Shown here piece after piece: positions 24,063-32,198 of a stretch of 32,198 bases of DNA. The translations under genes and the position numbers were made by a program. The stretch's first letter is position 1. Each line of letters starts with the position of its first letter. The DNA is taken from the IMG/VR virus record IMGVR_UViG_3300025848_000124, positions 1 through 32,198 of that record. One strand, 5' to 3'. Under the pieces are notes generated by a model. That model was not told the DNA's origin. It searched no databases and saw only the letters and a program-made list of their open reading frames with translations. The DNA is from a virus (lineage: Duplodnaviria > Caudoviricetes).

Positions 24063-24365
24063 ATGAAGGTTGTAACCGTATCAAAGACCGGCACGGGATC
24101 AAGCAGCACGATCATCATGAATACCAACATCAGCCCGTTCAATGTGGGCTTTGGTGTCTCGGTATCCGGCACTGTCAATTACACCGTGCAGCATTCGTTT
24201 GACGATCCTGCAGGCACGATTTCAACTTGGTTTAGCCATCCCACGGTTGCCGCTCAAACGGCCAACGCTGATGGCAATTACGCATTCCCTGTTAGTGCCA
24301 TCAAACTGCTTGTTAACTCAGGCTCTGGCACTGCAACGCTAGAACTCATACAAGCAGGTATTTGA
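24063..24365 (+). CDS. Small beta-rich virion protein
   Basis: ORF track; YTVQHSFDD..W..HP; late operon. Confidence 0.75.
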   Translation: MKVVTVSKTGTGSSSTIIMNTNISPFNVGFGVSVSGTVNYTVQHSFDDPAGTISTWFSHPTVAAQTANADGNYAFPVSAIKLLVNSGSGTATLELIQAGI

Positions 24366-24604
24366 TGGCTCCGGTTGGCTACTCAAGCGTTGCCAATCAA
24401 GCCAATACCTCTGATGGCTTTGCTCGAGGTGTTGGCGCTCAGAATGTCATCGGAGGCACTGACTACGGCTTAGACGTTGGTGATGATGGCGTAGTTGATG
24501 TTTATGGCGTAACGCCAACAACAACTTTTTATATCCTGGATGAGACATCACCAGGATATGTGCTGCAAGAAGACAGCAGCAAAATCGTATTGGAGCAATC
24601 GTAA
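24365..24604 (+). CDS. Small hypothetical virion protein
   Basis: ORF track; TGATG and TAATG coupling at both ends. Confidence 0.65.
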   Translation: MAPVGYSSVANQANTSDGFARGVGAQNVIGGTDYGLDVGDDGVVDVYGVTPTTTFYILDETSPGYVLQEDSSKIVLEQS

Positions 24605-25188
24605 TGGCCGACCAGAAAATTAGCGCAATGCCAGCAGCCGCAACGCTGACGGGCGCAGAGCTTGTGCCGTTAGTGCAAAGTGGCGCGAATGTGCGATCAA
24701 CCATCGGTGATTTGCGGGCGTTTGGCGCAGCTTATGGTGGCTTTAGCAGCACCCTAGATCAGACGGGAAGCACCACCGCTGGCACGGCCATGACCTGCAA
24801 TACGGTAGATATTACCGATGGCATCACGGTGGTTAGCAATAGCCGTTTTACGGTGCCCAATGACGGCATTTATAACTTTCAGTTCAGCGCCCAGTTCAAG
24901 AATGTCGCTAACGAGCAGCACATTGTCACGATTTGGATAAAGGTCAACGGTTCAGATCTTGCCAACTCATCCACGCAGGTTACGGTGCCAGCCAGAAAGA
25001 ACGCAGGCATCTTTGGTTTCGCGGTGGCCGCCTGGAATTTTTACTTAGATCTGAACGCTACTGACTATGTGCAGTTGTTTTGGCTGCCTGAATCGACGGA
25101 TGTAACGCTGGAGGCATTGCCGTCAAGTGTGACGCCCGCGTACCCGGCTATTCCTTCGTTGATTGTTACCATGGGGCAGATAGCTTAA
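24604..25188 (+). CDS. Virion appendage protein with C1q/TNF-like C-terminal domain
   Basis: FTVPNDGIYNFQFSAQ..IWIKVNG..L.ATDYVQL pattern; N-terminal KIS.MP..LTG.ELVP.VQ.G module. Confidence 0.65.
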   Translation: MADQKISAMPAAATLTGAELVPLVQSGANVRSTIGDLRAFGAAYGGFSSTLDQTGSTTAGTAMTCNTVDITDGITVVSNSRFTVPNDGIYNFQFSAQFKNVANEQHIVTIWIKVNGSDLANSSTQVTVPARKNAGIFGFAVAAWNFYLDLNATDYVQLFWLPESTDVTLEALPSSVTPAYPAIPSLIVTMGQIA

Positions 25189-25593
25189 ATGCCTGCCAAG
25201 ACTAAAGCGCAGTTCCGGCTGATGAAAGCGGCTGAGAACAACCCTAAGTTTGCCAAGAAAGTAGGCATTCGACCTGATGTGGCTGCAGAGTTTACGCAGT
25301 CCAATGTGAAGGGGAAATCGTATGCAAAGCTTCCTGAACAACTTAAGAACGGCGGTCCGAGCCTGGCGATTGGCCGTGGTGAGAAGCTTCCGGCAGATCA
25401 AGGCGCGGGTCTTACCGCCAAGGGTAGAGCGAAATACAACCGAGAAACAGGATCAAACCTGAAGGCACCACAGCCACAAGGAGGGCCTCGTAGAGACTCT
25501 TTTTGTGCAAGAATGGGTCCGGTTGCCGAAAAATCTGAGCGTGGATCGCGTGCAAGAGCATCGATGAGGCGCTGGAACTGCCCAGGATGGTGA
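25189..25593 (+). CDS. Basic two-module phage protein (C-terminal RRDSFCARMG...RWNC, DUF6321-like)
   Basis: ORF track; GLTAKGRAKYNRETGSNLKAP..RR.SFCARM motif. Confidence 0.7.
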   Translation: MPAKTKAQFRLMKAAENNPKFAKKVGIRPDVAAEFTQSNVKGKSYAKLPEQLKNGGPSLAIGRGEKLPADQGAGLTAKGRAKYNRETGSNLKAPQPQGGPRRDSFCARMGPVAEKSERGSRARASMRRWNCPGW

Positions 25594-25594
25594 G

Positions 25595-26665
25595 ATGGCC
25601 TATTCAGACACATACGGTCAGGTTTTCTCAGTCCAAACGCTTATAGATCACGCCGCAAGGCGCTGTGGCAAGCTGGCTGAAGAGTTAACCAGTGAACAGC
25701 TTATTACGGCCAAAGAGTCGTTGGGATTCGTTTTAACGAACCTCATCAACATTGGTATTCAGTATTGGGCTGTCAAGAAAGAAATTATTGGCTTAACGCC
25801 AGAGAAATACATTTACACCCTGCCTGTCGGGGCAAATGATGCGCTTAATGTGCTCTACCGCACCATGCAACGCCCTGATGGAAGCTATTCAACCAGCGCA
25901 GGTGGCAGCGCAGCCTTTGCAGGCGATAGCGACGTTGATACTTACTGTTTGCAAACGAGCACCAATGGCAATATTGCAGTCGATTTTGGCACCAATAACC
26001 CGATTTATGCTGGGTCAATCGGCCTTCTCCCCTATGTTTCTGGTGGTGGAAGTGCCGCCTGGACGCTTACCCTTGAGTATTCCGTTGATAACTCAACCTG
26101 GAACACGCTCTACGACATCGGAACCGTTACCGTCACTGATAAGCAGTGGCTCTGGTATGACATCGACCCAGGCCAAAGCGTCCGATATTACCGAGTAAGG
26201 GCTTCTGGTGGCACAACGCTGGGCTTACGAGAGTTTTATGTTGGTAATGACTCGCGTGAGATCCAAATGGCACGATTAAATCGTGACGATTACACGAACT
26301 TGCCCAACAAAAACTTCACAGCCAACCAGCCTTATCAGTTTTGGTTTAACCGGACCATCCCGCAACCTGAAATCTACCTCTGGCCAGTGCCTAATGAGTG
26401 GTATGTCCAGATGACTGTCTGGTATTCCAAGCAAATTATGGATGTTGGCGACCTTACTGATGAGGTTCAGATCCCTCAGCGCTGGTACTTGGCCACAGTG
26501 GGCATGTTGTCTCATCAATTGAGCATGGAATTACCGCAAGTTCCTCTTGAGCGCATTAAATACCTTGAAGACCAGGCTGCAAAGTACCTTAATCTTGCCG
26601 AGCAAGAGGAGAGAGATCGCAGTCCGATTTATTTTGCGCCAAATATTTCTGTATATACAAAATAA
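25595..26665 (+). CDS. Putative head-tail adaptor/tail tubular protein with inserted discoidin (F5/8)-like domain
   Basis: LI..A.RRCG N-terminus, Y.NLPNK...QP.QFW..R, YLWPVP C-terminal half; central VDFG..LEYSVDNSTW..RYYRVR. Confidence 0.65.
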   Translation: MAYSDTYGQVFSVQTLIDHAARRCGKLAEELTSEQLITAKESLGFVLTNLINIGIQYWAVKKEIIGLTPEKYIYTLPVGANDALNVLYRTMQRPDGSYSTSAGGSAAFAGDSDVDTYCLQTSTNGNIAVDFGTNNPIYAGSIGLLPYVSGGGSAAWTLTLEYSVDNSTWNTLYDIGTVTVTDKQWLWYDIDPGQSVRYYRVRASGGTTLGLREFYVGNDSREIQMARLNRDDYTNLPNKNFTANQPYQFWFNRTIPQPEIYLWPVPNEWYVQMTVWYSKQIMDVGDLTDEVQIPQRWYLATVGMLSHQLSMELPQVPLERIKYLEDQAAKYLNLAEQEERDRSPIYFAPNISVYTK

Positions 26666-27006
26666 TGCCAAGATTTCTTGACACAGAGGGCTACTCAGAC
26701 ATAGCGATCGGCATATGTGATCGCTGTCGCATGAAGCGTCCTCATGCCACCCTTGGCCCTGACATCAACTTTCCCGGCTTGATGGTTTGTGAAGAGAATT
26801 GCAGGGATGAAAAGGACCCTTACCGTCTGCCTGCAAGACAAACAGAGCGAATCAACTTACGTTTCCCTAGGCCTGATGTATCCGTAGCTGCCATTCAGAA
26901 CAATTTAGTGTTGAATGACCAGCAAACGATTATTCTCTCAACAGAAGGCAATACCAATCTGATTGAGAATGACGGAAACCTTGATGGAATAGCGATCTCA
27001 CCATAA
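26665..27006 (+). CDS. Conserved Cys-containing protein (ICDRC...GLMVC..C.D..DP...RP)
   Basis: ORF track; TAATG coupling both ends; potential Zn ligands. Confidence 0.75.
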   Translation: MPRFLDTEGYSDIAIGICDRCRMKRPHATLGPDINFPGLMVCEENCRDEKDPYRLPARQTERINLRFPRPDVSVAAIQNNLVLNDQQTIILSTEGNTNLIENDGNLDGIAISP

Positions 27007-28799
27007 TGGCTAATCAAACGATAACCCAATTGCCTAATGCTCAAGCCCTCACGGGCACTGAGCTTGTACCCATTGTTCAGAATGGGGGTACGGTCAAGAC
27101 GACCACGGGTGCCATATCAGCCATTTCAGGCGGTGGTGGCGGCAGTGGCGTATCGGGCTATTCAGGATTCTCTGGCTTTTCTGGGTTTTCGGGCGATAAC
27201 CCCGGCTCGAGCGGTTATTCGGGCCTTAGCGGCTATTCAGGACTATCAGGCTACAGCGGCCTCTCAGGATACTCAGGATCGGGCATATCGGGCTTTTCTG
27301 GCTTCTCAGGCCTTGGTTTATCAGGCTACTCAGGGCAAAGCGGCTTTTCAGGCCTCTCAGGATTCTCTGGACTCTCAGGATTCTCTGGCCTTTCAGGTTA
27401 CTCAGGGTCTGGTGTCTCAGGCTACTCAGGTTCTGGCATTTCTGGTTACTCGGGATTCTCAGGTCTTGGTTTATCAGGCTATTCAGGACTCTCTGGGTTT
27501 TCTGGCGGCTCAGGATTTTCTGGCCTTTCTGGATTCTCCGGCCTTTCTGGCTACTCAGGATCAGGGATTTCTGGCTATTCAGGGTCGGGCATATCAGGGT
27601 TTAGCGGCTTTTCAGGCGCAGGCCTTTCTGGCTTTTCAGGTTTAAGTGGCTTTTCTGGATTGTCAGGCCTTTCGGGATTCTCTGGTCTCTCAGGGTTTTC
27701 TGGCGCCGGCTCTGCGATTACCGTCTCTGATGAAGGTATCCCGCTTACAACCAACGTCCAGTCATTTGATTTTGTAGGCGCTGGTGTAACGGCCACAGCA
27801 GTTGGTAACGCTGTAACGGTCACTATTTCTGGCGGCGGTGGTGGCGGAACTTCCGGATACTCAGGCTTCTCGGGTATCAGCGGTTTTTCTGGCATCAGTG
27901 GTTTCTCAGGTATCAGCGGATTCTCCGGAATCAGTGGTTTCTCTGGAGCCAGTGGCTTTTCTGGAATCAGTGGATTTTCTGGAATCAGCGGCTTTTCGGG
28001 CATCGGCACCTCAGGCTTCTCAGGATTTTCTGGCGCATCAGGCTTCTCAGGGATCTCTGGCTTTTCTGGTCTTAGTGGCTTCTCAGGACTCAGTGGGTTT
28101 TCAGGCCTGAGTGGATTCTCAGGCGTATCAGGATTCTCAGGCATCTCGGGATTCTCTGGTGCCGGAACATCAGGCTTCAGTGGCTTCTCAGGTTTGAGTG
28201 GATTTTCAGGATTAAGCGGATTCTCTGGACTCAGCGGCTTTTCAGGTCTTTCTGGCTTCTCAGGGGTATCGGGATACTCAGGTGCTGGAACTAATATCTC
28301 GGTATCAGACGAAGGGTCTCTCTTAACGTCTGGCGTTACGAGCTTTGATTTTGTTGGTTCGGGTGTAACGGCATCAGCCGTAGGAACCGCTGTAACTGTG
28401 ACGATCAGCGGAGGCGGTGGCGGCGGTGGTGGATCTGGTTACGCCACTTACACCTACACAGGCGACGGCACAACGACGACGTTTGCCGGTGCCTCTGGCA
28501 TGACAGTAAACAATGTTCTCGTTATTGAGAACGGCGTTACGCAAGTACCGACGACTGACTACACGATCTCTGGTACGAACGTTGTGTTTACGACTGCGCC
28601 TGCAAGTGGTGTGGCGATTCAGATTCGTGTGCTTGGTGGTGGTGGAGCTTCTGGTGTTATTGCTGAGAATCAACAGACCATTTCTAGCAACTACTCGGTA
28701 ACGTCGGCTTATAACGGCTCAAGTGTTGGGCCTGTCACGATCAATACAGGTGTTGCGGTGACTGTTGGCACAGACCAGCGTTGGTTAATTTTTGGTTAA
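27006..28799 (+). CDS. Fibre protein with collagen-like (Gly-X-Ser)n repeats
   Basis: Two long SG[FYLI] blocks separated by duplicated globular knobs; C-terminal GDG.TT.F..V..NGV.Q.P..DYT.SG..V.F..AP domain. Confidence 0.8.
   Translation: MANQTITQLPNAQALTGTELVPIVQNGGTVKTTTGAISAISGGGGGSGVSGYSGFSGFSGFSGDNPGSSGYSGLSGYSGLSGYSGLSGYSGSGISGFSGFSGLGLSGYSGQSGFSGLSGFSGLSGFSGLSGYSGSGVSGYSGSGISGYSGFSGLGLSGYSGLSGFSGGSGFSGLSGFSGLSGYSGSGISGYSGSGISGFSGFSGAGLSGFSGLSGFSGLSGLSGFSGLSGFSGAGSAITVSDEGIPLTTNVQSFDFVGAGVTATAVGNAVTVTISGGGGGGTSGYSGFSGISGFSGISGFSGISGFSGISGFSGASGFSGISGFSGISGFSGIGTSGFSGFSGASGFSGISGFSGLSGFSGLSGFSGLSGFSGVSGFSGISGFSGAGTSGFSGFSGLSGFSGLSGFSGLSGFSGLSGFSGVSGYSGAGTNISVSDEGSLLTSGVTSFDFVGSGVTASAVGTAVTVTISGGGGGGGGSGYATYTYTGDGTTTTFAGASGMTVNNVLVIENGVTQVPTTDYTISGTNVVFTTAPASGVAIQIRVLGGGGASGVIAENQQTISSNYSVTSAYNGSSVGPVTINTGVAVTVGTDQRWLIFG
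27147..28288 (+). repeat. Degenerate 9 bp tandem repeats encoding Ser-Gly-X, in two blocks
   Basis: TCN GGN TTY/TAY/CTN/ATH periodicity, interrupted at ~27710-27850. Confidence 0.85.
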
Positions 28800-28808
28800 G
28801 GATTTGAC

Positions 28809-29258
28809 ATGAGCAATCTTAAAGTTCAGGGTAATGCTTCTGGTGCTGGCACAACCACGCTACAAAGCGCCAACACGTCGGTATCAGCGACCCTTACGCT
28901 ACCTGATTCAACGTCAGCAGACACGCTTGGCTACCTAAACGCGCCGATCAATGAGCAGTCTGCCGCTTATACGGCGGTTGCTGCTGATGCCGGGAAGGTT
29001 ATCTTCCACCCATCAACAGACGCTAACGCAAGGACGTTTACGATCCCTGCTAATAGTTCGGTGGCTTATGCGACGGGAACGGTGTTGACCTTCATTAACA
29101 TGACTTCGCAGGTTGTCACGATTTCGATTACGAGCGATACGCTTTACCAAGCAGGAACGGGATCTACGGGATCACGGAGTCTTGCTCAGTATGGTATTGC
29201 CACGGCGGTCAAGATGACTTCCACGACTTGGCTGATTTCCGGCAACGGTTTGACCTAA
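28809..29258 (+). CDS. Tail fibre-associated protein
   Basis: TLTLPD, YT.VAADAGK, TFTIPANSSVAY..GT, L.QYG.AT..K..TTW.ISG. Confidence 0.75.
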   Translation: MSNLKVQGNASGAGTTTLQSANTSVSATLTLPDSTSADTLGYLNAPINEQSAAYTAVAADAGKVIFHPSTDANARTFTIPANSSVAYATGTVLTFINMTSQVVTISITSDTLYQAGTGSTGSRSLAQYGIATAVKMTSTTWLISGNGLT

Positions 29259-29268
29259 AGGAAGCGCC

Positions 29269-31074
29269 ATGACTGGCATTCTTAATTTGATTATTGGATC
29301 GCTGGGGCAGCGGTATACCATCATCCAAACCTTCACAGCGACATCAACTTGGACTTGCCCTACGGGGGTGACTGAGGTTGATTACTTGATTGTGGCCGCT
29401 GGTGGTGGTGGTGGGGGTGGAAATGGTGGGTCATCCGGTGAAGGTGGCGGCGGAGGCGCTGGCGGTTATAGAACTGGAACAGGATTAGCTGTTACCGCAG
29501 GTACTGATTACACGATCAATGTTGGGTCTGGTGGTGCAGGTGGTACAGCAACTGCTGTTGGCACACAAGGCGGTCATTCATATATTTCTGGGTCGCCAAT
29601 TGCTAATAACCCATCGTCAGGGAATCCTTACACTAATGCTTTTGTAGCTTTTGGTGGTGGGGGTGGAGGTTCAAGAAATTCGGGAGTCCAACAAGGCGGA
29701 AATGGTGGATGCGGTGGCGGTGGCGGGCAGAGAGATACCGCCACAGATAATTTTGGAACAGGAAATACACCATCTACTTCGCCAAGCCAAGGGAACAATG
29801 GCGGTAATGGAGCCAATGATCCTGCCGCAAGTGGTGGAGGCGGTGGCGGTGGTGCAGGAGGAAATGGTAATGCAGCCCCTTCAACCACTACGGGCGGTGC
29901 TGGAGGAATAGGCATTCAAGGCCCATCTTATGCGTCAAGTTTTGGTGCGGCTGGCCCAGGAGGTTCGCCATCTACAGGTTATTTTTCTGGCGGCGGCGGC
30001 GGTGCAGGTAGTTCAACTGGAGGTGCTGGCGGTTACGGTGGCGGCGGGAATGCTGACGGAGGGTCAACCGGAAAACAAAATGGAACAACAAACTCTGGTG
30101 GCGGTGGCGGGGGAGCAAGTGGTACAGGCGGTACAGGCGGCTCCGGCATTGTCATCCTGAAATACCAAGCACCATCACAAACCGTATTCACCTTCAAAGG
30201 GTCTGGTCAGTGGACTGTGCCTACTGGTGTTACGTCAATTGATTACTTGATCGTTGCTGGTGGTGGTGGGGCTGGTGCTGGAAGTGCTGCTGGTGGTGGC
30301 GGTGGAGCTGGTGGTTATAGAACAGCAGCAGGCCATACGGCTGGAATCACTGCTGGCAATGTTTTAACCATTACTGTTGGTGGTGGTGGACCGGGAGGAA
30401 TAGCTGGGCCAGGATCTTATCCACGAGGCGCTAGTGGCGGTGATTCGTACATATCTGGAACAGGTATAACAGCAAGTCCCGCTGCTCCTGGTAACCCCTA
30501 CTCAAATGCCATCACATCATTTGGTGGCGGTGGTGGCGGGTCTGGTTATGCGCCAAACGCTACAGGAGCAGATGGAGGCTCAGGTGGCGGAGGTGGATAT
30601 AACAATAGTGCTGGCGGCACTGGAAATACGCCATCTACAAGCCCTTCGCAAGGAAGCAATGGAGGTGCTGGCGCAACTGTGCCTAATACTTACACCGGTG
30701 GCGGCGGTGGTGGTTCTTCTGGTGCTGGAACCGCAGGTAATACGAGCGTTGGTGGAGGCAATGGTGGAGCAGGTACACAAGGGCCATCTTACGCTGCGTC
30801 TTTTGGTGGTGCTGGGCCTGGGGGTTCACCATCAACAGGATATTTTGCAGGTGGCGGTGGTGGTGGTACTGGAAGAGAACCTGCTGGGTCAAGCCTTCCA
30901 GCAGGCACGGGTGGCATTGGCGGCGGCGGTAGTGGGGCGGCAGGGGCTTCGGCTGCAACGGCTGGTGGTACTAATACTGGTGGCGGGGGCGGTGGAAACG
31001 GATATGTGGCTCCGAATAGCGGCAACGGCGCGGCAGGCGGCTCCGGTATCGTCATCATCAAGATCAATCAATAA
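29269..31074 (+). CDS. Glycine-rich tail fibre/adhesin with two tandem homologous domains
   Basis: W..PTGVT..DYLIVA.GG.G ... GGSGIVI.K unit occurs twice. Confidence 0.8.
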   Translation: MTGILNLIIGSLGQRYTIIQTFTATSTWTCPTGVTEVDYLIVAAGGGGGGGNGGSSGEGGGGGAGGYRTGTGLAVTAGTDYTINVGSGGAGGTATAVGTQGGHSYISGSPIANNPSSGNPYTNAFVAFGGGGGGSRNSGVQQGGNGGCGGGGGQRDTATDNFGTGNTPSTSPSQGNNGGNGANDPAASGGGGGGGAGGNGNAAPSTTTGGAGGIGIQGPSYASSFGAAGPGGSPSTGYFSGGGGGAGSSTGGAGGYGGGGNADGGSTGKQNGTTNSGGGGGGASGTGGTGGSGIVILKYQAPSQTVFTFKGSGQWTVPTGVTSIDYLIVAGGGGAGAGSAAGGGGGAGGYRTAAGHTAGITAGNVLTITVGGGGPGGIAGPGSYPRGASGGDSYISGTGITASPAAPGNPYSNAITSFGGGGGGSGYAPNATGADGGSGGGGGYNNSAGGTGNTPSTSPSQGSNGGAGATVPNTYTGGGGGGSSGAGTAGNTSVGGGNGGAGTQGPSYAASFGGAGPGGSPSTGYFAGGGGGGTGREPAGSSLPAGTGGIGGGGSGAAGASAATAGGTNTGGGGGGNGYVAPNSGNGAAGGSGIVIIKINQ

Positions 31075-31082
31075 GAGGTCAC

Positions 31083-31349
31083 ATGAGCGATAAAAAGATC
31101 ATGAGGTTTTATGGCATTGATACGGCGATGCACATGCTTCGTCCCAATGCCAAGTGGGAAATAACCAATAACGTCATTACACGTTGGGATGATCCACGGC
31201 CTAAGCCCAGCATGGAAGAGATTTACTGGGTGATGGAAAAGATTAAAGAGTTTGAAGAGTCAATCCCCACGATCTGGCTTGATGAGGATTGGGAAAAGAT
31301 CACTGGCGAAAGAAGGATGATTGAAGAGGCTATCGGTGAACCTGCATAA
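31083..31349 (+). CDS. Small tail fibre assembly-type protein (XkdW-like)
   Basis: A...LRPNAKW......W.D.RPKPS.EEI; follows fibre gene; GAGG SD. Confidence 0.65.
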   Translation: MSDKKIMRFYGIDTAMHMLRPNAKWEITNNVITRWDDPRPKPSMEEIYWVMEKIKEFEESIPTIWLDEDWEKITGERRMIEEAIGEPA

Positions 31350-31938
31350 CTTATTTCCCACCGCTGTAGGTTTTGCAGACCTTGGCCGTGAACTCACGGA
31401 CGAGGAGATGTTCTTTGTGCGTGAGCTTGAGACTCGGCCTAACATGGGCAATACGACCTCCACGGATAACTTCGTGCTTCGCAATCCGGCCATGACAAGC
31501 CTGCGATCATTCATTGAGGACAGCGTGGCTGAATACTTCAAAGCCACAGTCAATCCCAAGCACAATGTATCCCTACGCATCACACAAAGCTGGTGCAATT
31601 ACAGTGAGCAGGGTCAGTATCACCACAAACATGCCCACCCCAATAGCTACATCTCAGGCGTGTTTTACTTGCAGACCAATCCTGATGACAGGATTTACTT
31701 TTACAAAGACGGCTGGCAGCAGATCAAGTTTCCCACCGACAACTGGAATGCGTACAACTCAGAGTCTTGGTGGTTTGAGGCATTCACTGGCCGGTTGATT
31801 CTTTTCCCCTCATCCTTAACGCACATGGTACCTACGGTTCAGGGTGAGCAGACACGCATATCGCTATCGTTTAACACGTTTCCCGTTGGCACAGTTGGCG
31901 AGGAAATGGATTTAACTGGTCTTAAGTTGGAGGCATAG
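31336..31938 (+). CDS. 2OG-Fe(II) oxygenase superfamily protein (TIGR02466-like)
   Basis: [36 protein letters not shown]; GTG start with GAGG SD. Confidence 0.88.
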   Translation: MNLHNLFPTAVGFADLGRELTDEEMFFVRELETRPNMGNTTSTDNFVLRNPAMTSLRSFIEDSVAEYFKATVNPKHNVSLRITQSWCNYSEQGQYHHKHAHPNSYISGVFYLQTNPDDRIYFYKDGWQQIKFPTDNWNAYNSESWWFEAFTGRLILFPSSLTHMVPTVQGEQTRISLSFNTFPVGTVGEEMDLTGLKLEA

Positions 31939-31940
31939 CT

Positions 31941-32198
31941 ATGATCAGCAAGCAACGCCTTCAAGAGCTTTTTGATTACAGGGATGGCAAGCTATACGCC
32001 AAGCATGGCCGTCAACCAAAATTTACGCCAATTACAAATCACCACAGGTATATCCGCATGAGGGTAGATGGCGTGGTGTATACGTTGCACAGATTGATTT
32101 TTATTTATCACCACGGGTATGCGCCAAAAATCATTGACCACATCAACAATGATAGGTCTGACAATCGCATAGAAAATTTGCGTGAGGCTACACAGCAA
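31941..32198 (+). CDS. HNH homing endonuclease, truncated by window end
   Basis: Manual translation [46 protein letters not shown]; GGAGG SD. Confidence 0.88.
   Translation, partial: MISKQRLQELFDYRDGKLYAKHGRQPKFTPITNHHRYIRMRVDGVVYTLHRLIFIYHHGYAPKIIDHINNDRSDNRIENLREATQQ

Noticed and set aside
27575-28144. Minus-strand 189 aa ORF of PEKP/PENP repeats (and plus-strand alternative-frame ORF 27037-27645)
   Set aside because: Shadow of the Ser-Gly-X repeat; no SD, and lies against or within a coherent late gene.
27147-28288. Periodic repeats as possible CRISPR array
   Set aside because: 9 bp degenerate coding periodicity; no constant 25-45 bp repeat with unique spacers and no cas operon.
29269-31074. 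Duplicated segments as DGR template/variable repeats
   Set aside because: Both copies are in-frame coding, differences are not adenine-specific, and no reverse transcriptase is present in the window.
31992-32198. Minus-strand 68 aa ORF at window end
   Set aside because: Antisense to a clear HNH endonuclease reading frame starting at 31941.

Overview
The window is a ~32 kb segment of a tailed dsDNA phage genome (Caudoviricetes-like, lambdoid/P22-style organisation); no host genes, integrase, CI repressor, tRNA, rRNA or CRISPR array are visible. Bases 1-4050 form a leftward early region (small hypotheticals, PD-(D/E)XK exonuclease, SSB-like protein). A divergent promoter pair at ~4080-4155 drives a leaderless Cro-like HTH gene and a rightward replication/recombination block (DUF1376-type initiator with internal iterons, SF4 helicase, RusA, DUF3310, Ref-like HNH). 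A short self-contained early cassette (8944-9777) is followed by terS/terL, a ~380 nt structured antisense non-coding element with its own promoter, and a 1178 aa polyvalent protein. After that come portal, GroES-like, scaffold and major capsid genes, head/tail accessory genes, Gly-rich fibres, a 2OG-Fe(II) oxygenase and a truncated HNH endonuclease. The most striking unexplained signals are: (i) a hydrophobic-x-x-Gly-Gly motif that punctuates several late proteins at domain boundaries; (ii) an apparent programmed -1 frameshift whose alternative tail regenerates that same motif; (iii) the antisense structured RNA between terL and the polyvalent gene; (iv) RNA switches at 1580-1689 and 5380-5468. 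All family assignments come from motif recognition by eye, not database searches.
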